A stretch of DNA of 19,693 nt, from the NCBI GenBank assembly GCA_034722435.1, contig JAYENX010000007.1:1-19693 (forward strand), in the 5' to 3' direction. Positions 1-11,276 of the stretch are shown here, piece by piece. Both the position numbers and the translations under genes were made by a program. The notes below the pieces were generated by a model that was not told where the DNA came from, searched no databases, and saw only the letters and a list, made by a program, of their open reading frames with translations. The stretch is from Nanobdellota archaeon (lineage in GTDB: Archaea > Nanobdellota > Nanobdellia > Woesearchaeales > JAHWHD01). How positions within the stretch are numbered: the first letter of the stretch is position 1; each line of letters opens with the position of its first letter.

Positions 1-800
1 GAAGCTGGTGTATCTGTTAAGGTATCAAAGGTTGTAGAACCATTAATAGTCACAGTTGTTGTATCACTTCCATTATCAGTTACTTCTACACCATCTCCTA
101 CAAAATTTAAGTTATCTCTTTGTGTAAGTGGAGTTCCCTCATCTTGAATAGTATGTCCTCCACCACTACCTGCAATAGACACTGAACCATCTGAATTAAC
201 AGTTACTGACCCATTAGCAAATTTAAGAGTGTTAGTGGTTGCTACTGGTGAGCCATCTTCTTCTGTAATGTTCAGTCTTGTTGATCCTCCACCAAACAAA
301 CTTGTTCCTTGTTTTTTCTTAATATCTTTTTCAAGCTTTTTCAATATTTTATCTAAACCACGAATAGCAGATTTGTCAAGCTTTTCATCTTCATCTTTTA
401 TAGATTCCAATTTATCTCTGATTTTTTCTGGTGTATCTAAAATGATTTCTTCATTCTCTGGTATCCTTGATAATACTTCTTCTATTATGTGTTCCTCATC
501 AGCATCAAGTCCATCAATTCCACCTTCCCCTTTGTCTCCTTTTAGTCCTTGAACTCCAGTTTCTCCTTGTTCTCCTTGTTCTCCTTGGATACCTTGTTCC
601 CCTTGGATACCTTGTTCTCCTTGTTCTCCTTTTTCTCCTTTAACGAAATCAACATCTCTAAAGTCTATATCACGAACTGACTCCTTGATTTCATCAGCTG
701 AATCTTCTATATCTGAAAGAACTGTCATTATAACTGCATCTTTACTTGAAGCAGTCTTATCATTCATTAGAATGTCTTGTATATTTCTTTTATTTTTCAT
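1..800 (-). CDS. Collagen-repeat tail fibre-like structural protein (partial, runs off left edge)
   Basis: Open frame from ATG at 800 to the window edge, absent from the ORF track: MKNKRNIQDILMND...GEKGEQGEQGIQGEQ...GGGHTIQDEGTPLTQRDNLNFVGDGVEVTDNGSDTTTVTING. It has 15 Gly-X-Y triplets, then a Thr/Gly/Asp-rich beta-type segment, and follows the ejection genes. Confidence 0.75.
   Translation of the reverse strand, partial: MKNKRNIQDILMNDKTASSKDAVIMTVLSDIEDSADEIKESVRDIDFRDVDFVKGEKGEQGEQGIQGEQGIQGEQGEQGETGVQGLKGDKGEGGIDGLDADEEHIIEEVLSRIPENEEIILDTPEKIRDKLESIKDEDEKLDKSAIRGLDKILKKLEKDIKKKQGTSLFGGGSTRLNITEEDGSPVATTNTLKFANGSVTVNSDGSVSIAGSGGGHTIQDEGTPLTQRDNLNFVGDGVEVTDNGSDTTTVTINGSTTFDTLTDTPA
504..638 (-). 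repeat. Collagen Gly-X-Y tandem repeat (15 triplets, 9-bp unit)
   Basis: GEK GEQ GEQ GIQ GEQ GIQ GEQ GEQ GET GVQ GLK GDK GEG GID GLD; the plus strand shows repeated TCCTTGTTC units. Confidence 0.9.
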
Positions 801-912
801 AATATATTTTTCTTAATGTTTGAGCCTTTTTTTTAATGTCGTTGCTCTCGACTTTAATTTTTATCAATAACTCTGCTGGTATTGATTTCTTATTTCTAAA
901 TGGATTTTTCAT
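790..912 (-). CDS. Small basic hypothetical protein (40 aa)
   Basis: MKNPFRNKKSIPAELLIKIKVESNDIKKKAQTLRKIYYEK, TAA stop. A-rich start context; fills the gap before the fibre gene and overlaps its start. Confidence 0.5.
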   Translation of the reverse strand: MKNPFRNKKSIPAELLIKIKVESNDIKKKAQTLRKIYYEK

Positions 913-996
913 AATGTTTGTGTTATAATAGTAGTATATGTGAACAATTATATTTATATTGATTGTTGTAAGTGCTACAATAGACCTAATAAGAGA

Positions 997-2682
997 TTAA
1001 TCTTGTGATTGCTCTGACACTCATTCCAGTAGTATCCCTTTTGTAACAGGGTCTGCTTTTTCCAGTGTCGCAATAAATTTTACAGCTTGTGTTTTAGTAA
1101 TCCCAGTTAATGCAGTTAGTTCTCCAACCATTTTAGGTGATATTACTATTTGTGACAATCCCCTAACCAAATCTCCAATACTTGCAGTGGACCTAGACAC
1201 CCCTTCTGATAAAAGCCTACCTGCCTCTTGCCCAATAATATCTTTTCCACCAACTATTTCTTTTTCTAGCATTTCAATCCCAGTTCCTTTCTCACCAGAA
1301 AAAATATTACTTATTTTCTTTTCAACTTTAATCCTTTCTGCTGTAGAGATACCACCCTTAGCCCCAAATTCTTGCTTCATCACATCTAAAATATCCATTG
1401 ATGTAGCATACTTTTTATTTATATCCTTAACTTGAGGTACTTTTTTTGATAAATAATCAAGTATATTTTTTGAGGTTCTGTCAATAATTGAATTAAGCTC
1501 ACTTGTTTGTGTTGCTGTTCTGAAATTTTTAATTTTTCTTGTTAGCATTAGCAACCCCTCTGGTGTTGTGTCATCTCATTTGTTAATAGCATCAAAAACA
1601 TCATCCAATCTTTTTGCTTCGATATTGTCTAATGGGGAATATTTTGTATTTAATTTTCCTCCATCCATTGTGACTTTGAAATCATCAAGTGTTTTTGATA
1701 AGTTCTCTAAAATTCCTTTTGTTGTTATTGTTGTTTTTTTACCCTCTTGGCTTATAACTTGAGTTGCTCCATTCTTGAATTTTTTAAATTTCACTGGTAA
1801 CTTATCTACAGCCTCCCTGTATTCTTTCCCCGCATTACTTCTTAATGTTTTTACACCTTTTTGAATATCTTTAGCCTGACTTGTTAAACTAGTTTCACCC
1901 CTCAATCCTTTTAATGCTGCAACAGGGTTTTTTAATATCGAATCTATTACAGCAGTTCCTTTCCCTGAAAACACACCTGCAGTTGATTTCAAAATTCTGC
2001 CACCTGTATCTGCTATTTTACTTATCACTGGTTTAGCAACTGCTCCAACAATAGGTAATGCACCTGCTATACCACCAACTGTTGCAACTTCTTCATTTAA
2101 TTCTCCTTGTCTTGCTGTTTCAACTGCTCCATATCCTAATGCCTCAGTTCCAGCTCTACCGAGTAATCCCCTTGTCTTTGAGAGAGTTTTACCCGCTCCA
2201 GCTACTTTACTTACAGCTGTCGCTCCTTTAGTGATAGCTCCAGCTGGTGCTAAGAAAGTAGCAATATCCCCAACAGCTCCTCCTATTTGTTGACCTGCAC
2301 CTTCTCTTTTTAGTGCTTCTTCAGAAAACACCCTATCTCCAAATATTCTCTCAACATTTTTTTTCCCTATTCTTTTTCCTCTTTCATATGCCTCCCCAAA
2401 AGACTCTTCACCCCCTAATGAGCGAGGTACAGCCATTATTCCTGCTCCTAGTTTTCCAAAAAGAGAACCAACACCTTTTACTAAACCAATTTCAGATTTA
2501 GCCAGTCCAAGCCTTATATCTTCAAACAAACTCTCTCCTTTTACAGATTTATCTATTTCTTTTTTTGAATATTTTTGTTTAAAATCATTGACAACAAATT
2601 GGATATTCTCTTGGCTCTCTTTGTTAGTTGTCATTTGTTTTACAATATTATCTAATTTTTGTCTATCTTGTTCTTGTAACAT
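997..2682 (-). CDS. Internal virion (ejection-type) protein, 561 aa with TGA=Trp
   Basis: Track ORFs 1576..2682 and 1021..1554 are in one frame. Reading through TGA at 1576 and 1021 reaches TAA at 997. Ala/Gly-rich amphipathic central region (FLAPAGAITKGATAVSKVAGAG) and position after the nozzle fit podovirus ejection proteins. Confidence 0.7.
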
Positions 2683-2687
2683 ATTTT

Positions 2688-4757
2688 TTAGTAATTATAT
2701 TTTGTTCTTAAATTTTCTTGACCTGATGATTCACCCCCCATACCACTTAATCCTAATAATTCGTCTGCTGTACCTTTTATTTCTATATATATATTTTCCA
2801 TACCACTCACATCTCTTCCTAGTTTTGCACTTAGCCTTAATTTGTTTTCCAATGACCTTTGTATTGAACGAATTGTAATACCCAACACAGCCTTATTTAC
2901 ATCATTTGTTGATGTTAAATTAGGTAATGTTTTAGAATATATTTCAATATCTTTATCTGTTAGAACTCCAACTTCACCATAAATACCCCTGGCTAAATTG
3001 GGAACGATAGCAGATAATTGTGTCTTTACTATTTGTGACTTCTCTGCATAAGGGTTATTGCTTGTTATAGTTCCTCAAATAGGTCCAGTTGCAAGACTCT
3101 TTATATTGTTTTGCAAGTCTGATACTTGGTATAGTGTGTTTAAACCTTTTTCAAAAGAATTTATGAATGTGTCACTAACATCTTTCCCCCCTGCACTTGC
3201 TTTTAATATCCCTATAAAATCCCCTTTTTTTAGTGCTTCATCTTTTAATTTGTTTAATTCTTGGTCTACCCTACTTCTTAGATTATCTTTTACTGATATA
3301 TCTGTTAGTTTTTGTGTACTACCATCAGCCATTATTGATTTTGCTATTGTAAGTTCCTCACTGTCAGATGCCTCTTCTAAAAAATTCTTATAACTTCCAT
3401 TTGTGAAAGCCCCTCAAGGTTTAAATGAACCACCAGCTTCATCATACACTTTTCTTGCTATATCAATATTTGATTTTCAATCATTAACATCTAAATCTCC
3501 AATTTTATCTTTATGTACAGCAGTATTTATTTGGAAGATTCCATGACTCCCTTCTGGTGCTAGTTTATTATTTTTATCTCCATGAGCATCAATTTTTAGA
3601 TTACTTTCCCCCATGGCTATTGCTAATGCAACATCTGGATTTTCTGGGAACATCTTTATAATATATTCAGCTATCTCTCTTTCTTCAGTTGAAAAATTAT
3701 TTAAAGTTGTTGTTTTAAATAATTCAGTACCAGTAAGACCCTTAGATTCATTAAGTGCTGTTTTTATTTCTATACTCTCTTCAGTAGACATGTAAGGTAA
3801 TGCCAACATTAGTGCTTCACCCATATTCTCTGCTTTATATATTTTATCAATAACATTAGCAGGTGCTTGCTGAAGTCTTGCAACCTCTAAAGCTAGTGTC
3901 CCTATCTTATTCCTCTCTTCTTTTTGTAATGCAATATTTTCATCTTCTCTTTCTAACATAGTAAATGCTAGACTTAATTCTTTATCTTTTCTTCCAGTCT
4001 TTCTTTCAGTTTCTTCATTAAGTCATTCAAGTTGTTGTTTTTGTGCTGTAAGCATATCAGCTCTATCAGCAAATTCATATTCCACAGCTTGATTAACTTG
4101 CTCTAATGCCCCCTGATAATCTCCTTGTGTTGCTAGTAAGTCTGCTGCTGCATATCTTTTATCAATACCAATTCTTCTTGCTCTCCTTGTTGACTCTCCT
4201 TGATAAGCAGATGTAGTTCTCAATCCTCTTCCTTCAGATTCCTCTTGTCTCATTTGGTCATAAAGAGTATCTTCTTCAGCTTGCAATCTTTCTAACTTTC
4301 CAGATGCGGCAGTCATAGCTTCTCTTTTAGTACCAAGACCAGCTTCATCTCCAAGACTTGCTAATAAATCTGCTCTACCTCCTTGTCCTTGCAAAGCAGT
4401 TACAATCCCTTGCTGTCTTTCTCTTTCTAGTGTAGTTACTTCATCTTGTTTGTAAAAGTCTTGTGCTGTTTTGAGTAGATTATTAAAATCTGGAGTCTTT
4501 CTCATTGTTGGCTCTGGTGCTGTTGGTAGTCCTGACATGTCAGGTACATTTCCTAGCTCATTTACATCCATACTATTATTTTGTTTTGAAAAAGCACCGA
4601 TAGTATTCTTACCGATTATTCCATCAACTGTCAAGTTATTTTTTGTTTGGAAATCTCTTACTGCTTTATCTGTTTGCTTTCCAAAAATACCATCAGCAGT
4701 TATTCCCAGCTTTTCTTGATACTGTTTTAGGTCATCACCTGTATATCCTTGTTTCAT
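2688..4757 (-). CDS. Internal virion (ejection-type) protein with N-terminal peptidoglycan-binding domain and internal lytic transglycosylase/lysozyme-like domain, 689 aa with TGA=Trp
   Basis: Four track ORFs join through 4 TGA codons. N-terminus G..GDDLKQYQEKLGITADGIFGKQTDKAVRDFQTKNNLTVDGIIGKNT matches PG_binding_1. ALAIAMGES...SHGIFQIN...WKSNIDIARKVYDEAGGSFKPWGAF matches SLT/lysozyme-like motifs (putative catalytic Glu at 3606-3608). Confidence 0.8.
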
Positions 4758-4758
4758 T

Positions 4759-4914
4759 CTATATATTTTTTATTAGGTATTCTTTTGTAGAGATTAAATC
4801 ATCCCCATAAGTTTCTTTTAATATTTCCTCGACATAGTTTTTTAAGTCGAGATTTTTTTTACTTAACTCTTCCTTGACAGCTTCTCTTATTTCTTTTTTA
4901 ATTTCTTCATTCAT
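4759..4914 (-). CDS. Small hypothetical protein (51 aa)
   Basis: MNEEIKKEIREAVKEELSKK...KNI. The start at 4914 lies 1 nt after the upstream TAA; TAG stop 1 nt before the next ATG. Confidence 0.6.
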   Translation of the reverse strand: MNEEIKKEIREAVKEELSKKNLDLKNYVEEILKETYGDDLISTKEYLIKNI

Positions 4915-4915
4915 A

Positions 4916-6400
4916 TTAATCATCTTCTTTAACTTCATATTCAAATTTTGCACTAGTAATATTCAATCCTCTTTTTGAAGTTATTTTGAACTGTATTTCT
5001 TTGTATTCTGGAAGAGATTGTCCAGAAGTAAATCTCTGAACTTTTCTATCATCTTCTCCATCTACATCAATATCATAAGTTAAAATCTTGGATCAAGAAG
5101 CTACTTCATCATCGTGGCTATCTATATTGCTTGGGTCAATTGTCCTATAATAAACATTTGCTTCCTCTTCACCAAAGTCTGTGAGATTAGTTTTTGTAAA
5201 AGATAGAGTAAAACTCCTTAATTCTTTTGTTACACTTGTGTCTCCAAAGTATGAAGTGATGTATTCAGAATCTACTGTAAAATCAGAATAATCACTATAT
5301 CCATCATGGAGTTGTGCTAGTTTATAATTGTTATCTTTATCTCTATATCCAGCAACTAAAATTCCATGATATTCATTCACTGTGTAGAATTTCCCATCAC
5401 CCATTTCCATATCTCCTGTAACCCCTACAACTGATACTTCTCCTAGATGATTTATTTGATAAATCCCATTATATGCTACTTCTTCCCCTAGTCCTAAATA
5501 CAAGTTAATGCCATCAGTATATGTATTTCATCTTGCCTCTGCACTACCCCAAGCATCATCTATATTTTTTAATCTATTTAAAACATTGAAATATGAGCCA
5601 TTAAATTGTTTAATTCATGTAAACCCTTCGTTCTCTTTACTGTTTTTGCTTTTTATGTTTTGAACTATAACTGTGATTGCTTCATTAAGCACTGCTGCCC
5701 CTATAAAGAACCCATACCCTAAAGATATAGTTTTCTCAAAGGTTGCTGGTTCATTGATAACATCATATAAGAACATTCTTGTTTCTCCAGTAGCTTCCAC
5801 TTCAGCAAAAATAGCCATGAAACCTTTATACTCAATCATCTTTTTATACTCGTGTCCTTGAGGTAAGGTTTTTAATGAAGCACTAAATGTTGTTCCATCT
5901 TGTTTATATAAGTTATATCCTGATATATAATAAAGATTATCTGTTGATGTATTGTATCCCATCAAGTATTCTCCACCTGATGCAAATGATGTATCCACAT
6001 TTGCTGTAAAAACTTTTGTTCCAGTAACAAACTTAAATACATCTCCTGAACCCTCTTCTATACCATAAATACAGTTCTCAACTCCATCATGGTAGAACAA
6101 TGCATCTCCTAAATCTTCTGCAGTATCACGAGACTCAACCCCTGTTGTAATTCCAAAAGAGTTTCCTGTTGTAACTTCAGAGAACATAATATCATAAGTA
6201 TCATCTTCCCCTATAATTCATAAACCATCTCCTTGAATAAATTTTTGTGGATGGTATCCATTAGAAGTTGTAAGTGTCTCCATATCTGCCACAGGGAATA
6301 ATCCTTTTTTGTCAAGTCATTTACTTCTTAATTGAGCAAACCTTGTGTCTCTTTCATCACAAGACATTGATTTTTTAAAATCTATTTCTTTAATTGTCAT
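4916..6400 (-). CDS. Putative tail nozzle / tail tubular protein B-like, 494 aa with TGA=Trp
   Basis: Continuous frame from ATG 6400 through 5 TGA codons to TAA 4916. Aromatic/Gly-rich beta-strand composition; lies directly after the adaptor gene. The function is inferred from synteny. Confidence 0.6.
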
Positions 6401-6402
6401 TG

Positions 6403-7101
6403 TTATTTTGCATTTACTCTCTTTCCTCTCATTATGCTTTTTACATTATCAAGACCTTTAAGATACATCTCTAAAGCTTTTTCTGTCTCGAGTTTCTCCA
6501 TTTTAAGAGTATTTACTCTGTCTTGTTTGTAAATAGAACAATAAGCAAGGGAAGCTTCTATTGATAATAATGTGTGTGCTAGTCTTGGAATTTGTGGCTC
6601 TGCTGTTGTGTCTGTTGAATCGAAAAGTGTAGTTCTTTTTATATCGTAGATTCTTAAACCATCTGTTTTAGTATAGTTGGGAGTAGGATATAATGTTGCT
6701 GAATCACCTTCTATTGAGATATATCTTGGAATACCACCATCATCGTTAAAAAATTCTTGTACCGCACTACTAATTTGTTCCTTTTCAATTAATTTAAGGT
6801 TTGTTCAAACCCCATTTTCATCTTTCACTTCTGCTCTTCTAAAGTGATTGACTTCTGTAATTGGAACAAGATTAACACCATCTGCTAAATTATAATCAGC
6901 TAGGTTATATGGTGCTGTTGTGTTTGTGTCTGCTGGTTTAATCTTTCCAGAGTTCAAGATGATAAAGTTAATAACCTTATCATAGGAATTGTTTAAATTC
7001 CTTGTCTTATCCTTAATAGGATATTTGTTATCATTAGTTGAACACCTGAAATCTATATCTTGTATTAAACCTTGTAGATTTATTGTGTCTGAAAATTGCA
7101 T
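6403..7101 (-). CDS. Head-tail adaptor / tail tubular protein A-like, 232 aa with TGA=Trp
   Basis: Track ORF 6805..7101 extends through one TGA to TAA 6403. Contains G.PRYISIEGDSATLYPTP and EPQIPRLAHTLLSIEAS, patterns typical of podovirus adaptor proteins. Confidence 0.65.
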
Positions 7102-7102
7102 A

Positions 7103-7486
7103 TTATTTAGTGTTTTTTAATGCTTCTAAAAATTCATGCCCTGCTTTTTCTTTCACATCTGTAAATATAGCTACAATCTCTCCATCTTTTATTGTGATTT
7201 CCTCTAGGACTTCAAATTTAGAAGATTGTTCTTTCTTTTCAATCTTTTCTAATAATGGTACTACATCTTTTTTAACTTCATTAAAGTTTTGAGCAGTTTG
7301 TTTTATAGTGTTAGTTAGTTGCTGATTTTCCTCCATCAACTTTTCTGACATATCTTTTAGTTTTTCATTATTATCCTCTATTTTTTTAGTAATCTCTTTT
7401 GCTTTTACCAAATAAGCTTCTTTCTTTTCTATATATGGTTTTAATTTGTCATCTTTTACAATAACTTCTCTTGTATATTCTTTCAT
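7103..7486 (-). CDS. Hypothetical coiled-coil protein (127 aa)
   Basis: Complete ORF with TAA stop, Lys/Glu-rich heptad-like segment, coupled to the adaptor gene by a TAATATG junction. Confidence 0.75.
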   Translation of the reverse strand: MKEYTREVIVKDDKLKPYIEKKEAYLVKAKEITKKIEDNNEKLKDMSEKLMEENQQLTNTIKQTAQNFNEVKKDVVPLLEKIEKKEQSSKFEVLEEITIKDGEIVAIFTDVKEKAGHEFLEALKNTK

Positions 7487-7495
7487 ATGATTTAT

Positions 7496-7654
7496 TTAGT
7501 TAATTTCTCCATTAATTCTTCTCTCTTTTCATTTTTTCATTACCTCTGCTCTTGAGCTACCTGTTATTTTAAACCCATCTTTATCAATCATGTCTATTTT
7601 TTTGATTGGGTTAGGATCAATAGCTATTTGTGTTTTTTTGTTATCTGCTGTCAT
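7496..7654 (-). CDS. Small hypothetical protein (52 aa, one TGA=Trp)
   Basis: MTADNKKTQIAIDPNPIKKIDMIDKDGFKITGSSRAEVMKKWKERINGEIN, TAA stop; fills the gap after the capsid terminator. Confidence 0.55.
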
Positions 7655-7659
7655 GTTAT

Positions 7660-7691
7660 ATATAAATTATACTGGATAATAACCAGTATAA
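7660..7691 (-). terminator. Probable intrinsic terminator after the major capsid gene
   Basis: Perfect 9-bp inverted repeat TTATACTGG (7667-7675) / CCAGTATAA (7683-7691) with a 7-nt loop and a weak T-rich tail on the minus strand, 30 nt after the capsid stop. Confidence 0.6.
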
Positions 7692-7721
7692 ACAACCAAG
7701 TTTTGATTGTTAAACTAGCGA

Positions 7722-8618
7722 TTATGCTACTACTGATAGAATTTCAATTCCTGCATCTGCTCTGTTTACTACAACACCATATTTGATGTCTGATACAACT
7801 AGTTCCCCAAGGTATTCTAATTGGTAAGCTGATTGCATTCTAACTCCTGGTGTTCCATTTGCATCTACAAATGCTCCTGGTAGAGCTGCTGTTGCAAAGT
7901 GGATAGCATCTTTGTGTAGTAATGCTCCTGAAAAATCAGTTCCATCATCTGACACTGAGTTAGATTCAATAACATCTATGTTATAAATTCTTCCAACTCC
8001 TCCATTGTTTTTTGTTCCATCTTGCCCAAAGTCTCCTGAAACAAATCTATCTGAAGTCATTAAGTCTTCTCAAATTTGTTTTGGTGAAAGCACGAATGCT
8101 ACATCTTTGTTATTAAATGAACCTTTAACTGCTTGTTTTAATTTTGAAACAGCTGTTCTCAATGTAACATCTGATAAGTCTGTTCCAGTTGTTCCTACAG
8201 TAAGTGTAAATGAGCTAAATAATGCTGCTAAAGCATTTTCTAAGTCTTCTGCTACTGCATAACCTGCATCTTTCATTCTTCTTTCTTGGAATACATATGA
8301 AGCTTTCACTGCTGCCTTGTCTGTATCTTCAAGAACAAATGATGATTCTTTATGTGTATTAATGTTTAAAGTAATTGCTGTTTCAGTTGGGCTTTGTAAA
8401 GTAACTTGTGTTCCTGCTGCTTTTGTGTTTGTTGCAAAAGCAGTTGTGCTTGGAGTGTAAAGTACATCTCCTCCATTTGCTACCTCATCTGACCTATCTG
8501 TTACTAATCCTGCAATTCTTAAGTTTTCTCTGTAGAAGTCATTTACTGATGCTCCTCAGATTTCTGGTGTAAATACTGCAACGTCTACTGCTGTATAGTG
8601 GTTTGTTCCTAATGCCAT
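7722..8618 (-). CDS. Major capsid protein (P22-coat-like), 298 aa with TGA=Trp
   Basis: MALGTNHYTAVDVAVFTPEIW(TGA)GASV...GDVLYTP...ITLNINTHKESSFVLED...AGYAVAEDLE...GRIYNIDVIESN...SDIKYGV. The FxPE[IL]W and G..G.I.G/N..V..SN motifs fit this family; the gene follows a scaffold gene. Confidence 0.88.
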
Positions 8619-8660
8619 ATTATTTTTTGTTTAAAATTTGTTAATATGACAACACCTATA

Positions 8661-9230
8661 TTATTGCTGTGCTTTTCAAAGAGCCTTTCTTTCAGCATCT
8701 GTAAGACCTGAACTTTGCAGTGTCTTTTTTTGTTTTGCTGTTGAACCTCTACTAACTCCTAATTGGGCTTTTTTATTTTTATCCTCTTGGAGCTTAGTCT
8801 CTTTTCAAGTTTTAAAGTAACTTGATTTGTAAGCTTCGTCTAATGAAGTCCCTTCGATTTTAGCAATCTGAATAACTTTATCTACTGCATCGTCTTCAAA
8901 TTCAGAAGGTATATCTTGTGAATTAAATATTTTTGAGTAGAGTTTTCCTTCTTCCCTTGATAATGCATTTGTAGATTCAGTGTTGTCTTGTTTTGTCTTC
9001 ACTCACTTTCCCTCTACTTTTGTGTATCCTTCTCTTTTAAGAACTCTGTTTTGAATGGCTAACTCTTTCTTAAGGTTGTTACCTTTGTTAACACTTACTT
9101 CCTCTTTTTGTTCTTCCACCTCTCCTTCGATGTCTTCATTTTGTTCCTCTTCATAAGAATCAATATTAAGTTCATCTGTGTTATTTATTTCCTCAAAGTT
9201 TGTTTCTTCGGTATTGTTTAATTTTGTCAT
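8661..9230 (-). CDS. Capsid scaffolding protein, 189 aa with TGA=Trp
   Basis: Two track ORFs join through TGA at 9003, 8805 and 8676 to TAA 8661. Very acidic N-terminus and basic C-terminus; lies directly upstream of the capsid gene. Confidence 0.75.
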
Positions 9231-9286
9231 AGTTATTTTCTAGTTATTTAATTCACTTTTGTCATGGGAGTGATAACCCGTGTTAA

Positions 9287-9511
9287 TTATATTCCTCTTG
9301 ATTTAGTCTTCCTGTCTTTTTTTGGCTCAAACTTATCGTTCAAAGATTTAAACCCTGAAGCAAGTAAGTCTGCTGATAATTTATAATGTGCAGTTTCTTT
9401 TCCAGAGTATACATCTTCTAAAGCTTTTCTATTATTATGCTCTATTAAGAATGATACCAATGATTCCTGCATCTTTTTATCATTATAAAATTCTTTTAGT
9501 TTCTCTTCCAT
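9287..9511 (-). CDS. Small hypothetical protein between portal and scaffold (74 aa)
   Basis: Complete ORF with TAA stop and a TAATATG junction with the portal gene. Confidence 0.7.
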   Translation of the reverse strand: MEEKLKEFYNDKKMQESLVSFLIEHNNRKALEDVYSGKETAHYKLSADLLASGFKSLNDKFEPKKDRKTKSRGI

Positions 9512-9512
9512 A

Positions 9513-11237
9513 TTATTGTTGTCCTTGTGGTAGTGATTGCTCTATAGTTGCCTGTGTTTGTGTTTGATTACCTTGAGTATCAACTGTTCCAGTAGTTGCT
9601 CCACCACTAACACCAAATGTTGCTGATGATATACCTTGTACCTCCATCATTTCATTTATAAGTGTTTGTCTTTGTGGGTCACCTGGTTGTAATAATTGTA
9701 ACTGTGATGCTAGTGCATCTAATTTTCTCTGTCCATTAGTTTGTTCATCTGTTACATTAAAGAATCCTTTTTTTGTTATCTTTTCCATAGTGATGTACTC
9801 TTTTGGAATTGTTAGTTTTCTTTCACTACCTTGTTTTTCTAACTCTTTAGCTTTCATCTCCTCTATGTTAGATAAGTCATCTGCTGTAATTGCACCCTTA
9901 CCATTCATATTACCAATATTACTTAATATTCTTTCCTTGACAAACTCCCCTTTTGCTTTGTTGATAATATCTTCATCAATTAATCTTAACTCTCTTGGTG
10001 AGTATGAGGCTGTTAGCTCATGCTCTTGATTAATCTTTTTAATTAAGTCTGGCATAATTCAATCCACTAGGACTTCTCTTAAATTGAATCCATCATCATC
10101 TCTTCTCTTATTAAAGATTGACCCCGCTTGTGCTGCTTGTAAAGCTTGTGAAGCAAATGGTGTTCCAGCTTTTGCTTCTTCACCAGTTACAGCATTAAAA
10201 GCTGATTGGTCTCTTTGTAAGTTTTCAAATCAATTATCAATTGAAGCTTGGTACTGTACTAGCCCACCTGATGGCATTAAGCTCATTGGTTCAACATACT
10301 CATCATTCTCAAGATAAATCATTTCCCCATTCACAATAGCTTTGGCATCTGGTAGGTTTTGTTTGTTAGTCTTCATCACAACCTTACCTGACAAACTCCT
10401 TGCTTCACTTTCCTCAATCACTGCTTCGTTGATGGCAATTTGTGCTTCAAATGCTTCTTCTCACACACCAAGTCCTCAATCAATACCTTCAACTTCTTTT
10501 CTCTTAAAGAATTTGTATCTTGTTTCTGTTAAGTCTTGTTCATGTAGTAAAAATCATTCTCCATGCACTGTTGCTACAATAATGTTTTTTAATATCATTG
10601 AATCTTCATTCTCTTCATCAAAATACTCTGATGGGAATCAACCTTCAATGTCATAAACTTTTATACCTTCTCAAATCTGTTTTGTCTGTGAGTGTTTTAC
10701 AATCACTTCATCAACTTCATCTCAGCCCTTTCCCCTCATTTCTAATGGTGATAATTCATGCTCTTCAATCTTTATCCCATTTAAAATATCTTTTGGATTT
10801 ACTTTAATAAAATTTCAATTAACAATATCAATCTCGTTAGTCTTCTTCAACATTACATTTCCATACTCGCTCTTTTTTCTTTGGAACTTGTCTATAAATT
10901 CTCCTCAATTATTTTCTTTCATTCATTGCTGAATTTCTTTATTAATAATCATTGAGAATACATAGTCTGAATCAGTTGCTTGATATTCAATATTCTTTCT
11001 ATCTAAATTTTTAGCTCTTCATTCAAGGTCTACGAGTGCATTTCCTACATTCCTAAACCTATATGTGTTACCATCCTCATCCTTACCTCCATCAGTGTAT
11101 TTACTTAATACATAATGTGTTATCTGTGAGATTTTTTCTCCTAGATTAAAATCAATATCTCCAACAATCTTTATAGGATTGTTTTCATATGATTTTATAA
11201 GACCTTCTATGTGTCCTCTTATTTTTGTATCTAACAT
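9513..11237 (-). CDS. Portal protein, 574 aa with TGA=Trp
   Basis: Track ORFs 11019..11237, 10230..10421 and 9513..10055 share a frame, and 11 in-frame TGA codons link them. Size, position after terL, the IDWGLGVWEEAFEAQIAIN segment and the Gln-rich tail fit podovirus portals. Confidence 0.85.
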
Positions 11238-11247
11238 ATATATTTAT

Positions 11248-11276
11248 ATTATAACATTAAATTCCTTTTTTTACAA
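11248..11276 (-). promoter_or_regulatory. Sigma70-type promoter upstream of the portal gene
   Basis: TTGTAA (11276-11271), 17-nt spacer ending ATGT, TATAAT (11253-11248), i.e. an extended TGn -10. It overlaps the terL stop codon. Confidence 0.65.

Noticed and set aside
1561-8656. Extra GGTGTTGT copies at about 1562 (plus) and about 8648-8656 (minus)
   Set aside because: No downstream ACAATGCT partner arm; the first is explained by codons.
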